Origin: Bryobacterales bacterium | GTDB taxonomy: Bacteria > Acidobacteriota > Terriglobia > Bryobacterales > UBA6623 | NCBI GenBank assembly: GCA_963422375.2 | Contig: OY729428.2 | Location: 352,001 to 416,000 of the forward strand | Length of the DNA stretch: 64,000 nt | Direction of reading: 5' to 3' | Shown here: positions 1 to 11,650 of the stretch, in pieces | Position numbering within the stretch: position 1 is the first letter of the stretch | Layout of the letters: every line of letters starts with the position of its first letter | The notes under the pieces: model-generated | What the model was told of the DNA's origin: nothing | The model's input: the letters and a program-made list of their open reading frames with translations, nothing else | Database searches by the model: none | Translations under genes and position numbers: made by a program

Positions 1-1388
1 GGGAAGCGGAACCAGCGCAGCGCGACCGGCAGCTCCTGGAACAGGGCGCGGCGCGTGACCGGCTGGCGCCGGCACTGCTGCCGCAGCGCGCAGACGCACT
101 GCACCGACACACTGCACCACGGCGTGGAGCGCGAAGGCGAACAGGTTCGGCACGGCCGGCACGTTGGCCAGCGCGTCCTTGCCGTGCCCGAAGTTGCGCT
201 TGCAGTTGCGGCCGTGCCGCGCCAGGCAGTTGCAGCCCTCGTTCTCGATCTTCCAGCGCGCCCGGCCGGCCCGCGCGATCCGCTCCGCGTTGTCCGCGGT
301 GACCGCGAGACCGGCGAAGAAGCTGCTGGCGCAGGTGCGCTTGCCGTCGCGCTCCACGGCGTACTCGATCCAAGTGCCCCGCAGGGCGTCGCGGCCCTGG
401 CGCAGGGGCACCGCGGCCGTCCGGCGGAAACGGTGCCGCTCGGACCGCTTGCCCTTCCCGCGCCGCGGCAGCCCGCCGGTCGAGCGCACCGCGCCGCTCG
501 CCCGCCGGCTCTCCGGCACCTCGTACAAGCGCTTGCGGGATCCGGGCTTGCCTACCCGGATGCAGTCCATGCCGGCCGCCGCGGCGGCCTCGCAGACCGG
601 CTGGCAGCAGTGCAGGTCGTCGCCCGGCAGGACGGGGCGGCAGGCCTGCAGCCAGGCGCCGCGAGCGGCGAGCCAGCGCTTGGCGGCGTTGCGCTCGCAG
701 TCCCGCTTGCGCTCGTCCTCGCTCATGTCGGCGCGGGTCGCGGCCGCGTCCTGCTGCGGGCGCACGAACTCGGGCATCAGCAGCAGGACGGTGGCGTGGC
801 CGTCGGCCATGGCGTGGAAGTGATGCGGCCGGCGCTCGCTGCCGACGCGCCGCACCGAGCACTGCGGGCCATGCACCGTGTCGGAGCGGTGGAACCGGAC
901 GCCGTCCGGAGCCGCCGGCAGGCGCTCGTCGAGGTGCTGGAAGGGCTCGAGCGCGCCCTGCGCGGCCACGGTTGCGAGGCACGGCCGGAACAGCGGGTCG
1001 CACGCGGCCGGGTCGAGGTCGTCGAGCAAGTTGCGGATCCGGTGGTCGCAGGGGATGCGGCCCGCGCCGCACAGGGTCCGGCAGTTGGAGCGCGAGCCGT
1101 CCCGCTCCATGCGCCGCTGGAACGCGAGCAACGACTCGCACCGGGTGAAGAAGCAGGCCGGGGCGCAACCGGCGGCGTCGCTGACCTCGTAGCGCTTGTT
1201 GCTGCGACCCTCGCGCCGGTCGGGCAGGCCGGCGGCCGTCTCGCGGAAGGCGCTCAGCAGCGCGTCCAGGACATGGGGCATTCACCCTAGCTCACAAATT
1301 CCGCTAGAAAAAGTCGTGTGCCTGCCTGCCTTCGACACCTTTCTCAGACACTCTGGAAATCCCCAAATGCCCAAATTGAGAATCGCTG
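1..1388 (-). mobile_element. ISNCY (ISMae2-like) element with frameshifted transposase pseudogene; runs off the window's left edge
   Basis: Terminal repeat TTGAGAATCGCTG ends at 1388. Near-identical in reverse orientation to 61280-63938. Minus-strand motifs PEFVRPQQD, DCERNAAKRW, GDDL and GRARWKIENEG. Confidence 0.85.
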
Positions 1389-1698
1389 CTAGCTGCTCTC
1401 CTTCCTGGTCGTCGCCCCGATTGTCTTGCCCGTCCCCGAGGGAACTGCCGGTCCCAATTAGGAGGCGCTGGTCTAGGTTTTTCATCAAGTCTCCGTCATG
1501 GGCACACAGAGCTCGGAGCACCTTGCCAATATGCTCGTAGCCATCCGTCCCGCGCGATAACGCGGCTGCGATATCGGAATCAGCTTCGATCACAATTGGG
1601 ATGATGATATATTCGCGGCGCTTGCCAGTAGCATCGGACCGTCGCATCACACGCCCGATCGCCTGCACGATGTCCAACTCGCTCGCACGAGGCTCTAG
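1389..1698 (-). pseudogene. C-terminal helicase fragment (motif VI) of a Type ISP-like restriction helicase
   Basis: LEPRASELDIVQAIGRVMRR...YIIIPIV...VLRALCAHD. Bounded by IS1380 (CTAG at 1695-1698) and the ISNCY end. Joins in frame to the fragment at 16052-17410. Confidence 0.85.
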
Positions 1699-3513
1699 CC
1701 CGCATTGTTCACGAATGCGGCGCAGGCTCATGAATCCAGTGTCTGGACCCTCGATGGCCGCCCAATCTGCTTCCGAAACGCCTGCGGGCGGGGAATGCGG
1801 GGCTTGCGGGGCGTCTCGCGAGCGGCCTGCGGGCCTCGGGCACCTCCTCGGCGGCACCCGCCCGGGGGGGCAGGCACGGTTTCCCCCGGCGGCGCCCGGC
1901 GCCTGCCGACACTCTCCGGATTGACCCGGCCCGGCGTCATATCGGCACGGCCCCCAAGCCCCGCGCCACCACCGCCCAGGCGTCCCGGAACGGTGCCGTC
2001 CGCGGCACTCGCAGCACGATCCGCTTGGCCGTGGCCGCGACCCGCGCCCCCGGCTTCGGCAGGCCGAGGCGCAACCCGTCCACCCGGCGCTTCCGCAGCG
2101 GCGTGTCCCGTGCCTGCCGGCGCAGTTCCTGCATGATCACGCAGGCCGCCGCCGCGAGCGGCGCGCGGAACCGGTTCGCCGCGAAGCTCGAGCAGCTGGC
2201 GCGGTCCATCCGCATCCCGTGCTCGAGCTCCTTGACGCGGTTCTCCACGTCTCCGCGCAGGCAGTGGATCCGCTCGCAGAGGCGCTGCGGGCTGCCGCCC
2301 GCGTCGGTCACCGCGTAGCGCGGGTTCCACTGCGGGGCGCGCCCGGGAAACTCGCTCGCGTCCGCCTTGACGATCACCCGCCGCGCCCGCGACCGGCGGC
2401 CCGCCCGGTAGGCGAACTGCCCGTGCAGCGGGCCCGGGTTCTTGCCCGCGTCCTCCGCGACCGGCCGGCCCCCCTGCGTGCCGGCTCCCGGCCGCGCGTA
2501 CTTCGCCCGCAACTGCTCCAGCCGGGACGGCGGGTCCCCCGCGGCCGCCGCTGCCCCGCCGGGGTCCGTGCCCGGGGTGCCGCCGGGCGCGCGCCGGGCC
2601 TCGACGGCCGCCCGCAACGGGGCCGCGCGCCGCTCCGGCACCGCGTTCCTCTGCATGCACGCCACGCACTCCACGTACTCCAGGCCCTCGCGCTCGCCAT
2701 AGGCCGGCAGCTCGTCCCCTTGGAAGCCCGCGTCCAAGCGCAGGCGCAGCGTCGCCCGCGGGAAGAATTCCCGCAGCAGCAGCAGCAAGCGCTCCAGCAG
2801 CGGCAGCAAGCCCTCCGCGGCCGCGGCCGTGCCCGAGCTGCCCAGCTCGACGATGCTCGTCTCGGGGCGCCGCTCGTGCCGGCGCCGCACGACGCAGCGG
2901 GCCGGTACCGCGGACAGCGCGCTCGGCGCGTCCGCGGTGACGGCGTTCTCGAAGCGCGACAGGGCGGGCCGGGACGGCAGGTCGCGGCCCTGCCAGGGGT
3001 CGCGCCCGAGCGGCAGCTTGAACACGGGGTCGCCGCCGAGGCGCCCGGCGTCGTTGCAGTCCTCCTAGCCGCAGGCGAGGCCGTAGACGCGCTGGCCGAG
3101 CATGTCGGCGAGGGAGTGGAGCACCTCGGAGGGCTGGCGCCGGTCGCGCAGGCAGCCGGCGAACGCCGCGGTGAGGCCGGGAGCGCGATCGGCGGCCTCG
3201 ACCGGGACAGCGCCGCCGTCGGAGCTGCTGCGCTCGTGATCGCAGCGGACGGCGACGGGGCGACGGCGCGGATTGCGCAACAGAACGCCTTGGGAGCCTG
3301 CGGCTGCGACCATGCATTCATTACAACCTACCGGATGAAAACCACTTCAGCGTATAAACTTGGATCTCAATCGGGCCGGGCCGGGGCTGCCGCCGGGGAT
3401 CGCAGGGCACTCCTAGGAGTGAGGGAGTGAGGATCGCGCTGGACCGGGGGCCCTCACGGCCCGGGCGGAGGGACCGGACTATGGCCCTCCGGGCTACTCA
3501 TGAATTATCCGGG
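1699..3513 (-). mobile_element. IS1380-family element, copy 1 (transposase pseudogene)
   Basis: Ends CCCGCATTGTTCACGAAT and ATGAATTATCCGGG, with CTAG on both sides (1695-1698, 3514-3517). IS1380 motifs SSDGG, G*EDCND, LSRFEN, RGDVENRVKE, SFAANRFR. In-frame TAG and an internal deletion of about 140 bp relative to copy 2. Confidence 0.9.
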
Positions 3514-3597
3514 CTAGCGGTGATCGGCGAGGGCTGGAGCCGTTTGCTCCCAATTTCTGCGGCCGGTCCATCTGCGTGCAACAATCAAGCGAGGCTC

Positions 3598-3685
3598 GGG
3601 CCCGTAGCTCAGCTGGATAGAGCGGCCGCCTCCTAAGCGGCAGGTCGGGGGGGGGGGGGGGGGGCGAATCCCTCCGGGCTCACCA
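3598..3685 (+). tRNA. tRNA-Arg (anticodon CCT); T-arm obscured by an 18-G run
   Basis: Acceptor stem GGGCCCG/CGGGCTC followed by ACCA, D-arm GCTCAGCTGGATAGAGC, anticodon stem GCCGC/GCGGC with loop CTCCTAA. The expected GTTC is replaced by poly-G (3647-3664). Confidence 0.88.
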
Positions 3686-3897
3686 AGGGTCCGACTTGGA
3701 GTGCTGGAAGCAGCGCCTTGATCAGGGGCGCGGCCTTAGTGGCTCGCACCCGTCCCACGATTCCGGCACAGTGGAACAGCCACTCGTCTTGAAAGCTTCG
3801 TACACATCTGTACGTTGCCGAGCACCATTTCTGGAGATTCTCGTCCATCCCCGCGGACACGACTTGCGTCGGCTTGGAGCGGGATTCTCACGCGCTG

Positions 3898-4464
3898 TCA
3901 AGGGCGGCTAGCGCCCAAGTGAGTTGGTCCGGCTTCCGGCGGCGCTGCGCATGCGCCCACGGTAGCGATGCAGCCAAGGTTGGAGTTGCTCTGCGCGTTG
4001 TGCCGAGGTGTCGCAGCGGGGGCGCAGGCCCATTCTCGCAGGGCGGTCTGGAGGCAGCGTGCGGCCTTGCCGTTGGTCCTTGGAGCGCAAGTCAATGACC
4101 TGCACGGCGAGTGCGGGGGGCAGCGCCCGGGGCGGACGCGCACTGCGGTCGCGCAACCTGGCGGGTCCCTCGGCTGGCTAGCGGGCGACCCACTAAGCGT
4201 TTGCCTCTGCCCGAGCACGCAGTTGACCATGTCGGCTCGACTTCGGGACGCCAACTCGGCCTGCTTGTGGATGTTCACGCGGCCCTTCTTCCAGGAAGCC
4301 GTTGGCCTAGCACCTTCAGTTTCCTCGGTCAGGGCCGAGTGAAGAACCTGTTGGCAGATCACAGCTAGCAACGACCCCCACTGCGGCGAATCGGCCCAGC
4401 TCTGAGCTAGATCAATCCCGGCCCATGGACAATGGATCGCTGCCTGCGCATCGTGGCGGGACAC
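3898..4464 (-). pseudogene. Possible degraded gene remnant of unknown function
   Basis: The first half of the ORF is protein-like (WAGIDLAQ...SPQWG...WKKGRVNIHKQ) and the second half is not. No family recognised. Confidence 0.25.
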
Positions 4465-4572
4465 GGTGTCGTCGCTGGCCTCTGCCCGCCTCCACTACTA
4501 CATCAGCGACCCGCCAAGCAGCAGTTAGGCGGTAATCTGACATGCGGATAGCAGGCTATCCCGCGTACCTTT

Positions 4573-5542
4573 TGCTACAGGCGGTTCGCGAGAATGGACC
4601 GCAAGATCTCGGGATCTATACGAGCTTGTCCTCAACGGCAAGTGCCCGGATAGCCGACGCCATGGCCCGCTCGTCGACGAGGGCGACCGATTCGACGTGG
4701 CGTTGGATGATCGGGAAAGCGTTGCTGCCCGGTGCGGGAACTGCCAGCGCGTCAGCGAGTGATGGCGAAGGCGTGCTGCGGACCGGCCTGCCAGCCTCCA
4801 AGGACAGCTTGGTAGCGGGATTCGCGGCCGCTTGCGCGCCGAAGATGCGCCATTCGGGCCGTGCGTGCTTGATCGCTAGAGCGGTTCCCGGGATCAATCC
4901 GCCACCGCTAATCGGCACGAACAGATCGCACGGCGCTTCGACCTGCCGCGAAACTTCGAGGCCGATGGTGCCGTCGGCGGCGATGGTTTCGACCGAGTTG
5001 AACGGATGCACGAGCAGGCGGCCCTCCTCGCGTTGGATGCGCTGGGTCGTCGCGAAGCGATCCTCGAAGCTGTCTGCGCAGAGCACGACGTTTCCTCCGA
5101 AGCGGGCGGTTCGGTCGCGCTTGAAGCGCGAAGCGCCACACATCATCACGATCTTGGCGTCGACTCCGAGGGTCGAGGCCGCGTAGGCCACGGCTTGGGC
5201 GAAGTTGCCGGAGGAGTTCGTGACGACGCCGGCCTCCTTGGCGTGGTCTAGGTGCGCCAGGATGCTGTTGAAGACAGGACGCACCTTGAAGGCCCCGACC
5301 GAGTGCATCGACTCGAGCTTGAGAAATACCTTCCGTCCCAGCACTGACGAGAGGTGCTGGGACTCCACGACCGGCGTCGGGTGCAAGTAGTTTTCCGATC
5401 GCTGGAACGCGAGGTCTATCTCAGCGCTCCAAGCCTTCAAATTCTCGGGACCAGGGCGCTCGCTTTCGATAGAGTGAACTGCGCCAAGATGTACGTCGTT
5501 CCTCCTGGATCGCACCTCAGGCTGTTCTGGCGGCGATTCCAT
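4573..5542 (-). pseudogene. Threonine/serine dehydratase (PLP fold type II) with a C-terminal internal deletion/frameshift
   Basis: Motifs GAFKVR, SSGNFAQ, PISGGGL, ADAL. The ORF stops at VEDKLV* (4616) just before the expected EPS motif. A C-terminus-like IDPEILRSILANRL* follows in another frame. Confidence 0.8.
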
Positions 5543-5735
5543 GGAGTTGCGCGAACCGCTATGTGGTCGGACCTGCCGGGCGGTTCTTTCGAGAGTATCA
5601 GCCGATTGCCTGCTGGCACGTGCAGCAAACCCGCAAGCGTGTCGGAATCCGCCAGATCGCCGACGCGGAGGCGGGATGAGATCGCTACGGTTGCTACACT
5701 ATACTCTCCTGCCCCTCTCGGTGGGAAATCTTGCC

Positions 5736-8700
5736 GTGAGTAACTTTTCCGATTTGCGCGTTTTTTTGCTTGGTCGACGGTTGAGCCTTGGCTTGGCCTG
5801 CACCGGGGTGATTCTCGGCCAAACCAACACAGGCACGATTCGGGGCTTTGTGTACGACCAGACGATGGCCGTGGTCCAAGACGCGACCGTGACGGCTGTT
5901 GACGAAGAGCGCGGCGTTACCCGCAGTGTCTCGACGTCGGCGAGCGGAGAGTATGTCCTCGGCTACTTGGTGCCCAGTGTCTATACGCTGAACTTCGAAG
6001 CTGAAGACTTCGCTCCGTTCATTGTCGAGGGATTCGAGGTGCTTGTGGGGGAGACGGCCACCTTGTCCCCGCAGATGACGCTTGCGGCCGCCGAGTCCCG
6101 GGTCGTCGTGGCGGCCATCGACGCGCGCCCGGCGATCGAGCCCCACCGCGTCCAGCAGTCCGATCATATCGATGCGGTCGAGATCCAGAATCTTCCCATC
6201 AACCGTCGCGATTATCTCGACCTAGCGCTACTGACGCCGGGAGTGGTCGACACCAATTACGTTGCGGAGGCCACGGATCGGCGTGTCGCCCCGACCCCGC
6301 AGTCAGGCTTGGGCATCGGGGGCACGAACGGGCGCGGCAACACGTTCATGATCGACGGACTGGACAACACCTACAATTCCGGAGCCGTCCGTTCTGCGAT
6401 CAGCCAGGAGACCGTTCAGGCGTTCCAAGTCAACCGGAACTCCTTTTCGCCGGAGCAAGGTGGCGCTCCCGGCGGCGCGGTGAACATCGTGACGAAGGGC
6501 GGCTCGAATGAAATCCATGGCAGCCTGTTCGGCGTAGTGCGGAACCGCGGGTTCCAAGCGCGGGGGTACTTTGCGCCGCCCAAGGCACCCTACACGCGCG
6601 TCCAGAGCGGTTTCGGATTCGGAGGCCCGATCCAGAAGAACAAGACGTTTTACTACGGATCGTACGAGCGCTTGGACCGGCATGAGTCCCAGATCGTGCC
6701 GCTGCTTTCCGACCGGTCGTTCCTCGACTCAATGACTCCTTCGCAACAAGCTCTGGCGGATGTGCTGGTCTCGGCTGGTTCTGCGGCGGTCCAACCGCTT
6801 GTCCAGCAGCTGAAGGACGCCCTGACTCCGGGAAACTACCCGCATATCGTTCAGATGTACGAGGACAACAGCGGGATTTTTCCATTCGGCGAGCAGCGTC
6901 AGCAAGGATTGGCTCGATTCGACCATACGCTTCAGGACGGCTATAGCCTGTTCTTCCGGCTCAATACCACCGTCCAAGATGCCGAGAATACGGATTTCGG
7001 ATCCTTGGTCGCGCGTAGTGCAGGCCGCAGCGATGAAGTGAGGGACTACGGCTTCGCGTTCGGCGACACGCTGGTGATCAACAACCAATGGGTTAGCGAA
7101 ACACGGGTCGGTCTCGCCTATCACGAGTTCGGAGTCTACCCCACAGACGCGATCGGTCCGGCGATTGAGATCGCCGGCTTTGGCAGCTTCGGCAGGGATC
7201 TTATTCTGCCGACCCGCGTCGTCGAGCGCGCTTTTCAGGTTCGTCAGAACTTCGTGCGTGTCTCGGGCCGCCAGACACTCAAGTTCGGTGTCGACATCAA
7301 TCCGGTTCGCGACTGGGTTCGGTCGGAGACGTTTTTCGGCGGACGCTTCATATTCGGCGAGGCCGTGCCGCTGTCGATATTCATCGACCAAGCCGCTGGG
7401 GCGGCCGGGATCCCGAATGCATCGGTGCTGGTCAAGGGTTTACTGGCTGCTACCGGCAACGCTGGCCTGGCCCCGAACGTGGACCTGCCCATCACCGCCT
7501 TGCAAGCGTTCGGATTGGGCCTGCCGACGGTTTACCAGCAAGGCTTCGGCAATCCGTATTGGACCGGCTGGGCGAATCGCACGAACTTCTACGTGGAGGA
7601 CGCGATCCGCGTCAATTCCAATCTCATGCTCACGCTGGGCTTGCGCCACGAGCTGGAGTTGAAGACGCGCTTCCCCCGCGATTACAACAACATCGCTCCG
7701 CGCGCGGCGTTCGCGTGGAGCCCGAATCCGAAGACGGTGATTCGAGGCGGTTACGGCTTTTTCTACTCGCGCATCGACGGTCAGACCACTTACGTGAACG
7801 ACCTGCTCGGAGACAAGCAGCAGATCTACCAAGTGTTCATCCCGCTGACGGGCGTCGGAGGCATCACCAGCGCGCTCACCGGGCAGCCGCTGACATCTGC
7901 CGAGATCTACCAAACGTTACAGAGCCGCGGCATTCTTGGAAGTCGTAGCATCGTCCCCGAGGATCTCGCAATCCATGGGATCGATCCAAGCGCCGGATAT
8001 CCTCTGCGCGTGGGGTTCCGGGTGGTGGATGACATGGTGAACCCCTATTCGCAGCAGGGCAGCTTCGAGATCCAACGCGAGGTCGGCGGCTACGCGCTGT
8101 CCGCCGCGTACAACTTCAATCGCGGAGTTCATTTGATCCGGCCCTTGGACCTGAACATTTTCCAAGCCGGGACGAACGAAGAGACGGGGCGGCCGATAGT
8201 GGGATTTCACGACCCGCTGATCCTGCAGGACAATGCCTACGGAAGCTGGGGCCGATCCTACTACCACGCCATGCTCCTGCAGCTCAAGAAGCGCTTCTCG
8301 AATGGGTTCTCCGTTTCCATGCACCATACGTGGAGCAAGAGCATCGACGAGAATACGGACTACAATTCGTCGTTCGAGCCACACTTGCAGTGGAATGCCA
8401 AGGACGAGCTAGCGCTATCGCACTTCCACAGGGGTCACCGATTCGTGGCACAGGCAGTAGCCCAGTCTCCGTGGAAGGCCGGGAGCGGACGCGGGTTCGC
8501 CCATAACCTGCTGTCTGATTTCACGCTGTCCGGGATTGTCCTTGCCCGCTCGTTCGCGCCATTCAACTTGGACGCAGGCTTCGACAACGTGGGCGACCGG
8601 CACACTGACACGCACCGGCCGTGGGGCATCGGGCGCAACGTCGGACGCGGCCCGACCTTCTTTGGTATGGATGTCCGCCTAACGCGCACATTCACCTTAT

Positions 8701-8912
8701 CCGAGACTACGAAGCTTCAGGTAATCGCGGAAGGCTTCAACATCCTGAACCGGACCAACTTCAAGGCCGTCAACGGAGCCGTGGGCGGGATGACTCGGGA
8801 ACAGATCCCGGACAAGCCGACCGGGCGCCGCGGGCCGGTGACCGAGCCGTTCTCGTTCACCTCTACTTTCGATCCGCGCCAGTTGCAGTTCACACTGCGG
8901 CTGAGTTTCTGA
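5736..8912 (+). CDS. TonB-dependent receptor (Oar-like, N-terminal carboxypeptidase-regulatory-like domain)
   Basis: About 1060 aa. Motifs GTIRGFVYD, LPINRRDYLDL, IDGLDN, VNIVTKGGSNEIHG, NIAPR and C-terminal RQLQFTLRLSF. Start uncertain (ORF open from 5541). Confidence 0.92.
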   Translation: MSNFSDLRVFLLGRRLSLGLACTGVILGQTNTGTIRGFVYDQTMAVVQDATVTAVDEERGVTRSVSTSASGEYVLGYLVPSVYTLNFEAEDFAPFIVEGFEVLVGETATLSPQMTLAAAESRVVVAAIDARPAIEPHRVQQSDHIDAVEIQNLPINRRDYLDLALLTPGVVDTNYVAEATDRRVAPTPQSGLGIGGTNGRGNTFMIDGLDNTYNSGAVRSAISQETVQAFQVNRNSFSPEQGGAPGGAVNIVTKGGSNEIHGSLFGVVRNRGFQARGYFAPPKAPYTRVQSGFGFGGPIQKNKTFYYGSYERLDRHESQIVPLLSDRSFLDSMTPSQQALADVLVSAGSAAVQPLVQQLKDALTPGNYPHIVQMYEDNSGIFPFGEQRQQGLARFDHTLQDGYSLFFRLNTTVQDAENTDFGSLVARSAGRSDEVRDYGFAFGDTLVINNQWVSETRVGLAYHEFGVYPTDAIGPAIEIAGFGSFGRDLILPTRVVERAFQVRQNFVRVSGRQTLKFGVDINPVRDWVRSETFFGGRFIFGEAVPLSIFIDQAAGAAGIPNASVLVKGLLAATGNAGLAPNVDLPITALQAFGLGLPTVYQQGFGNPYWTGWANRTNFYVEDAIRVNSNLMLTLGLRHELELKTRFPRDYNNIAPRAAFAWSPNPKTVIRGGYGFFYSRIDGQTTYVNDLLGDKQQIYQVFIPLTGVGGITSALTGQPLTSAEIYQTLQSRGILGSRSIVPEDLAIHGIDPSAGYPLRVGFRVVDDMVNPYSQQGSFEIQREVGGYALSAAYNFNRGVHLIRPLDLNIFQAGTNEETGRPIVGFHDPLILQDNAYGSWGRSYYHAMLLQLKKRFSNGFSVSMHHTWSKSIDENTDYNSSFEPHLQWNAKDELALSHFHRGHRFVAQAVAQSPWKAGSGRGFAHNLLSDFTLSGIVLARSFAPFNLDAGFDNVGDRHTDTHRPWGIGRNVGRGPTFFGMDVRLTRTFTLSETTKLQVIAEGFNILNRTNFKAVNGAVGGMTREQIPDKPTGRRGPVTEPFSFTSTFDPRQLQFTLRLSF

Positions 8913-9095
8913 GCGCTGCGACATCACCCTGCCTGTCGGCACGAGGCATCCGAGGACGCCGGATGAAATTGCTCGATCGCCACGCCACAGCTTGTACCGG
9001 CAAGGTGCACAGCGGGTTCGGCAGTGCCAAGAGACAGTCCGAGTACGCGTGACGTAGCGGGCCAGCACAGGGTGGATGTCGAGGTCCGATGCCAA

Positions 9096-10500
9096 ATGCG
9101 TGAGGAACAAAATCAGTTGGGCGCTTTCCCGTACCGCGGTGCGCAGGATGGAGCGCTTGACGAAACCGCCCGTCATGCCGAGTGGCGTGTCGATCACATT
9201 CGGCGCTTCGACCTCGCTGACCTTCGTCAGCGCGCGAATGAATGCGAGCGTCAGTACGCGGCGTGACGCCCCGTTCAGGTCGCGGTCCGGATTGAGCGTC
9301 CGGTCGTTTGGTCCGTAAACGATGATGTCGAACTCCCGGCTGATTTCTGCGCGGCGGATGATCGCCCCCTGTTCGGGGTCTGCGCCGATCATTTCGAGGA
9401 ATATTGTGTTCATCAGCTCGCTGACTTTCTGCAATTCCTCGTTTGTGATCCGCTCATAAGCGCTTTGCAGTACTTTCGTCACGTCCTGTGTGACTTCCAG
9501 CTCGGCCAGAATGCGAGCCCCCTTCTTCTGTTCGCGCAGCAGGCGGTCACGCTCGGCTTCCAGTTCCTCGCGCTCGCGCCGAAGCCCGGTGAGCTGGGTT
9601 TCGAGCGCCGACTGTTTCGACAGGTAGCGGTCGCGTTGTTTTTTGTATTGGCGGCGCGTCTCACGCAGGCCCTGGATATCCGTGTCAGGGAGCGAGTCGA
9701 GTTGCTTTTCCAGAGCCCGGAATTTCCGGCCCGCCTCCTCGCGCAGGGCCTGAATCCCGTCGCGACGTTCGAAAACCCTCCTGTAACCCTCCAGCCACGC
9801 GCTCGGCACAGCGTCGCCTCCGCCCTGTAATGGCTTTGCACCGTAGTACAGGTCAGTGATGATCTCCTGGATTTCATCGGCGCGCTGGCTGTCGTCGATT
9901 AGTTTCTGGATATGCACGCGGCGCTTGTCGCCCTCGGCGTCGGTCGCGATCGATCGACTGCGGAACAGTGCCGAGTGCTCCTTGTTCGCCGCGGCAAGCT
10001 GGCTGGCGAGTTGTTTGATCTCGCGCTTGGCGCGATCAAGGTCCTTGCGCAGCTTTTCCTTGTCGCCTTTCTGGAGGGCCGCGGCGATCTTGCGGTCAAT
10101 CTCATCGACTCTTTCGTCGAAGGCGCCGAATTGCTGCTTAGTGTCCTCCAGATCGGCGTCAAATTCCTCCCGGTCCTCTTCCATCGCTTCGAGGCGCGAG
10201 GCGGCCCTGTACAACTCGCTGCCGGTGCCGACCTGCTTCGCCTTCTTGTTCACTTCCGCCGCCGATTTGCGCACATGCTTGATCGCGTTGTCGATGACAC
10301 CGAGCCCTAGAAGCGAGCGAATGGCGCGCTGCACCCGCTCGCGCTTCGTGGACAGGGCGACATCCGCTTCGATGAAGCTCAGCGCTCTGTCGCCATCGGT
10401 AAAGAAGACCTCCCGCAGTGCCGGCGGCAGCTCGTCGCTGATCAGCGCCTCCGGCGCGCCGATCGGGCTTGCTCCGCTGTCGTTCAGCGTAAACAGCTTT
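9096..10500 (-). pseudogene. SMC/Rad50-like (DndD/PbeC-like) ATPase, truncated at both ends
   Basis: FFTDGD Q-loop region, long coiled coil, signature LNGASRR, Walker B VIDTPLG and H-loop LFLTH. No Walker A. Sequence turns non-coding after LFLTH. Confidence 0.8.
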
Positions 10501-11650
10501 GAAGCCGAACAACGCCTCCGTGCCTTCCTGGTCATACTGGCGTATCGGCGTGGCCGACAGCCCGAGGCGATACTCGAAGAACTCCGGTGGATCGTTTGTG
10601 AACGACGGACGGCCAAGGTTGTGCGCTTCATCCGCGATCAGTAATCGCGCGCAATCGAATGTCTCGACGGTGGCGAGGAATTCCGGGGTACACAACGTAT
10701 CGTGGCTGACAACAACTGCCTCGACATCCGACAAGCCGGTACGCAGACGCCGTTTCAGCTTTTGCAGCTCGCTCGCGCGTCTTGCCGCACCGCCCGCCGT
10801 CGTGAGGTTAGCCGGCGTTAACCCGAATGGTGCGATTTCATCGCACCACTGTTCGATCAACGGCACATAGGGCGCGGCAACAATTATCAGCAGTGGCTTG
10901 TGTCCTTCATGGAGACGGTGTGCCCCGATCATCGAGGTGATCGTCTTCCCGGAACCGGTCGCCATTTCCAGCACACCTCGAAACCCGACAGCGCACCATG
11001 CGGCGACGGCCTTGCCCTGGTGTTCGAACGGACCGTCTTCGTATTGCAGCCAGTTCGGTGTTGCGAATCCCGTGCGCGGGACGCAAGCCGGTTGGAAAGG
11101 CTTCGGTTCTTCGGAAGAACCGGTTGCGCGCTCGCACAGCGCCCGAAGCTCGTCTTCGGTCGGCGGCGATGCGGAACTGTAGGTTCGTAGTAGGCGATGG
11201 CGGACCGCTTCGGGCAACCCGATAACCAGACAGTTGTTGTCCTTGTTCTCCCACAGCCTCCCGAACTCGTAGCAAAGCTTGTCCGTGATGTAGCGCTGGT
11301 TCGGGTCCTGCCACGACCGCGATATCGCGATCTGTTCGATGTTCTTCCGGATGCCTGCGTAGGTCACGTTGCTCGACCCGTGCGTGGCGACGACTTCGCC
11401 TCCCTTCTCGAACAGCCAGACCTTAGGATGAAATAGCGCATCTTTCATCAGAACGATCCTGATTTCGATTCTGCCCTCGCGGAGCAGCCAAGACAGGCAT
11501 TTCAGCGTGTGCCGCTGGAGCAGGTCTTCAGTGACGGTCAACTCTTCCAGAAGCCTGTTCGCGACCTCTTCCGGCGACTTCAACCCGTCCTCTATGGCGG
11601 CTTGGTCTTCGGCGCGAAGCAGGGGACTGACGATCAACCGTAAACTGTTT

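Noticed and set aside
3065..3067. Possible TAG recoding, given in-frame TAGs in IS1380, A3 and the small gene at 13763
   Set aside because: TAG terminates intact genes here (higA, lolD-like, Gfo), and the affected genes mostly have other lesions.
55..3430. Long Arg/Ala/Pro/Gly-rich ORFs on both strands over the IS elements (also at 14-16, 21-23, 45 and 62-64 kb)
   Set aside because: Shadow frames of very GC-rich transposase pseudogenes; no protein motifs.
3660..3700. tRNA 3' end as an integration (att) site
   Set aside because: No duplicate of the tRNA 3' end and no integrase noticed in the window.
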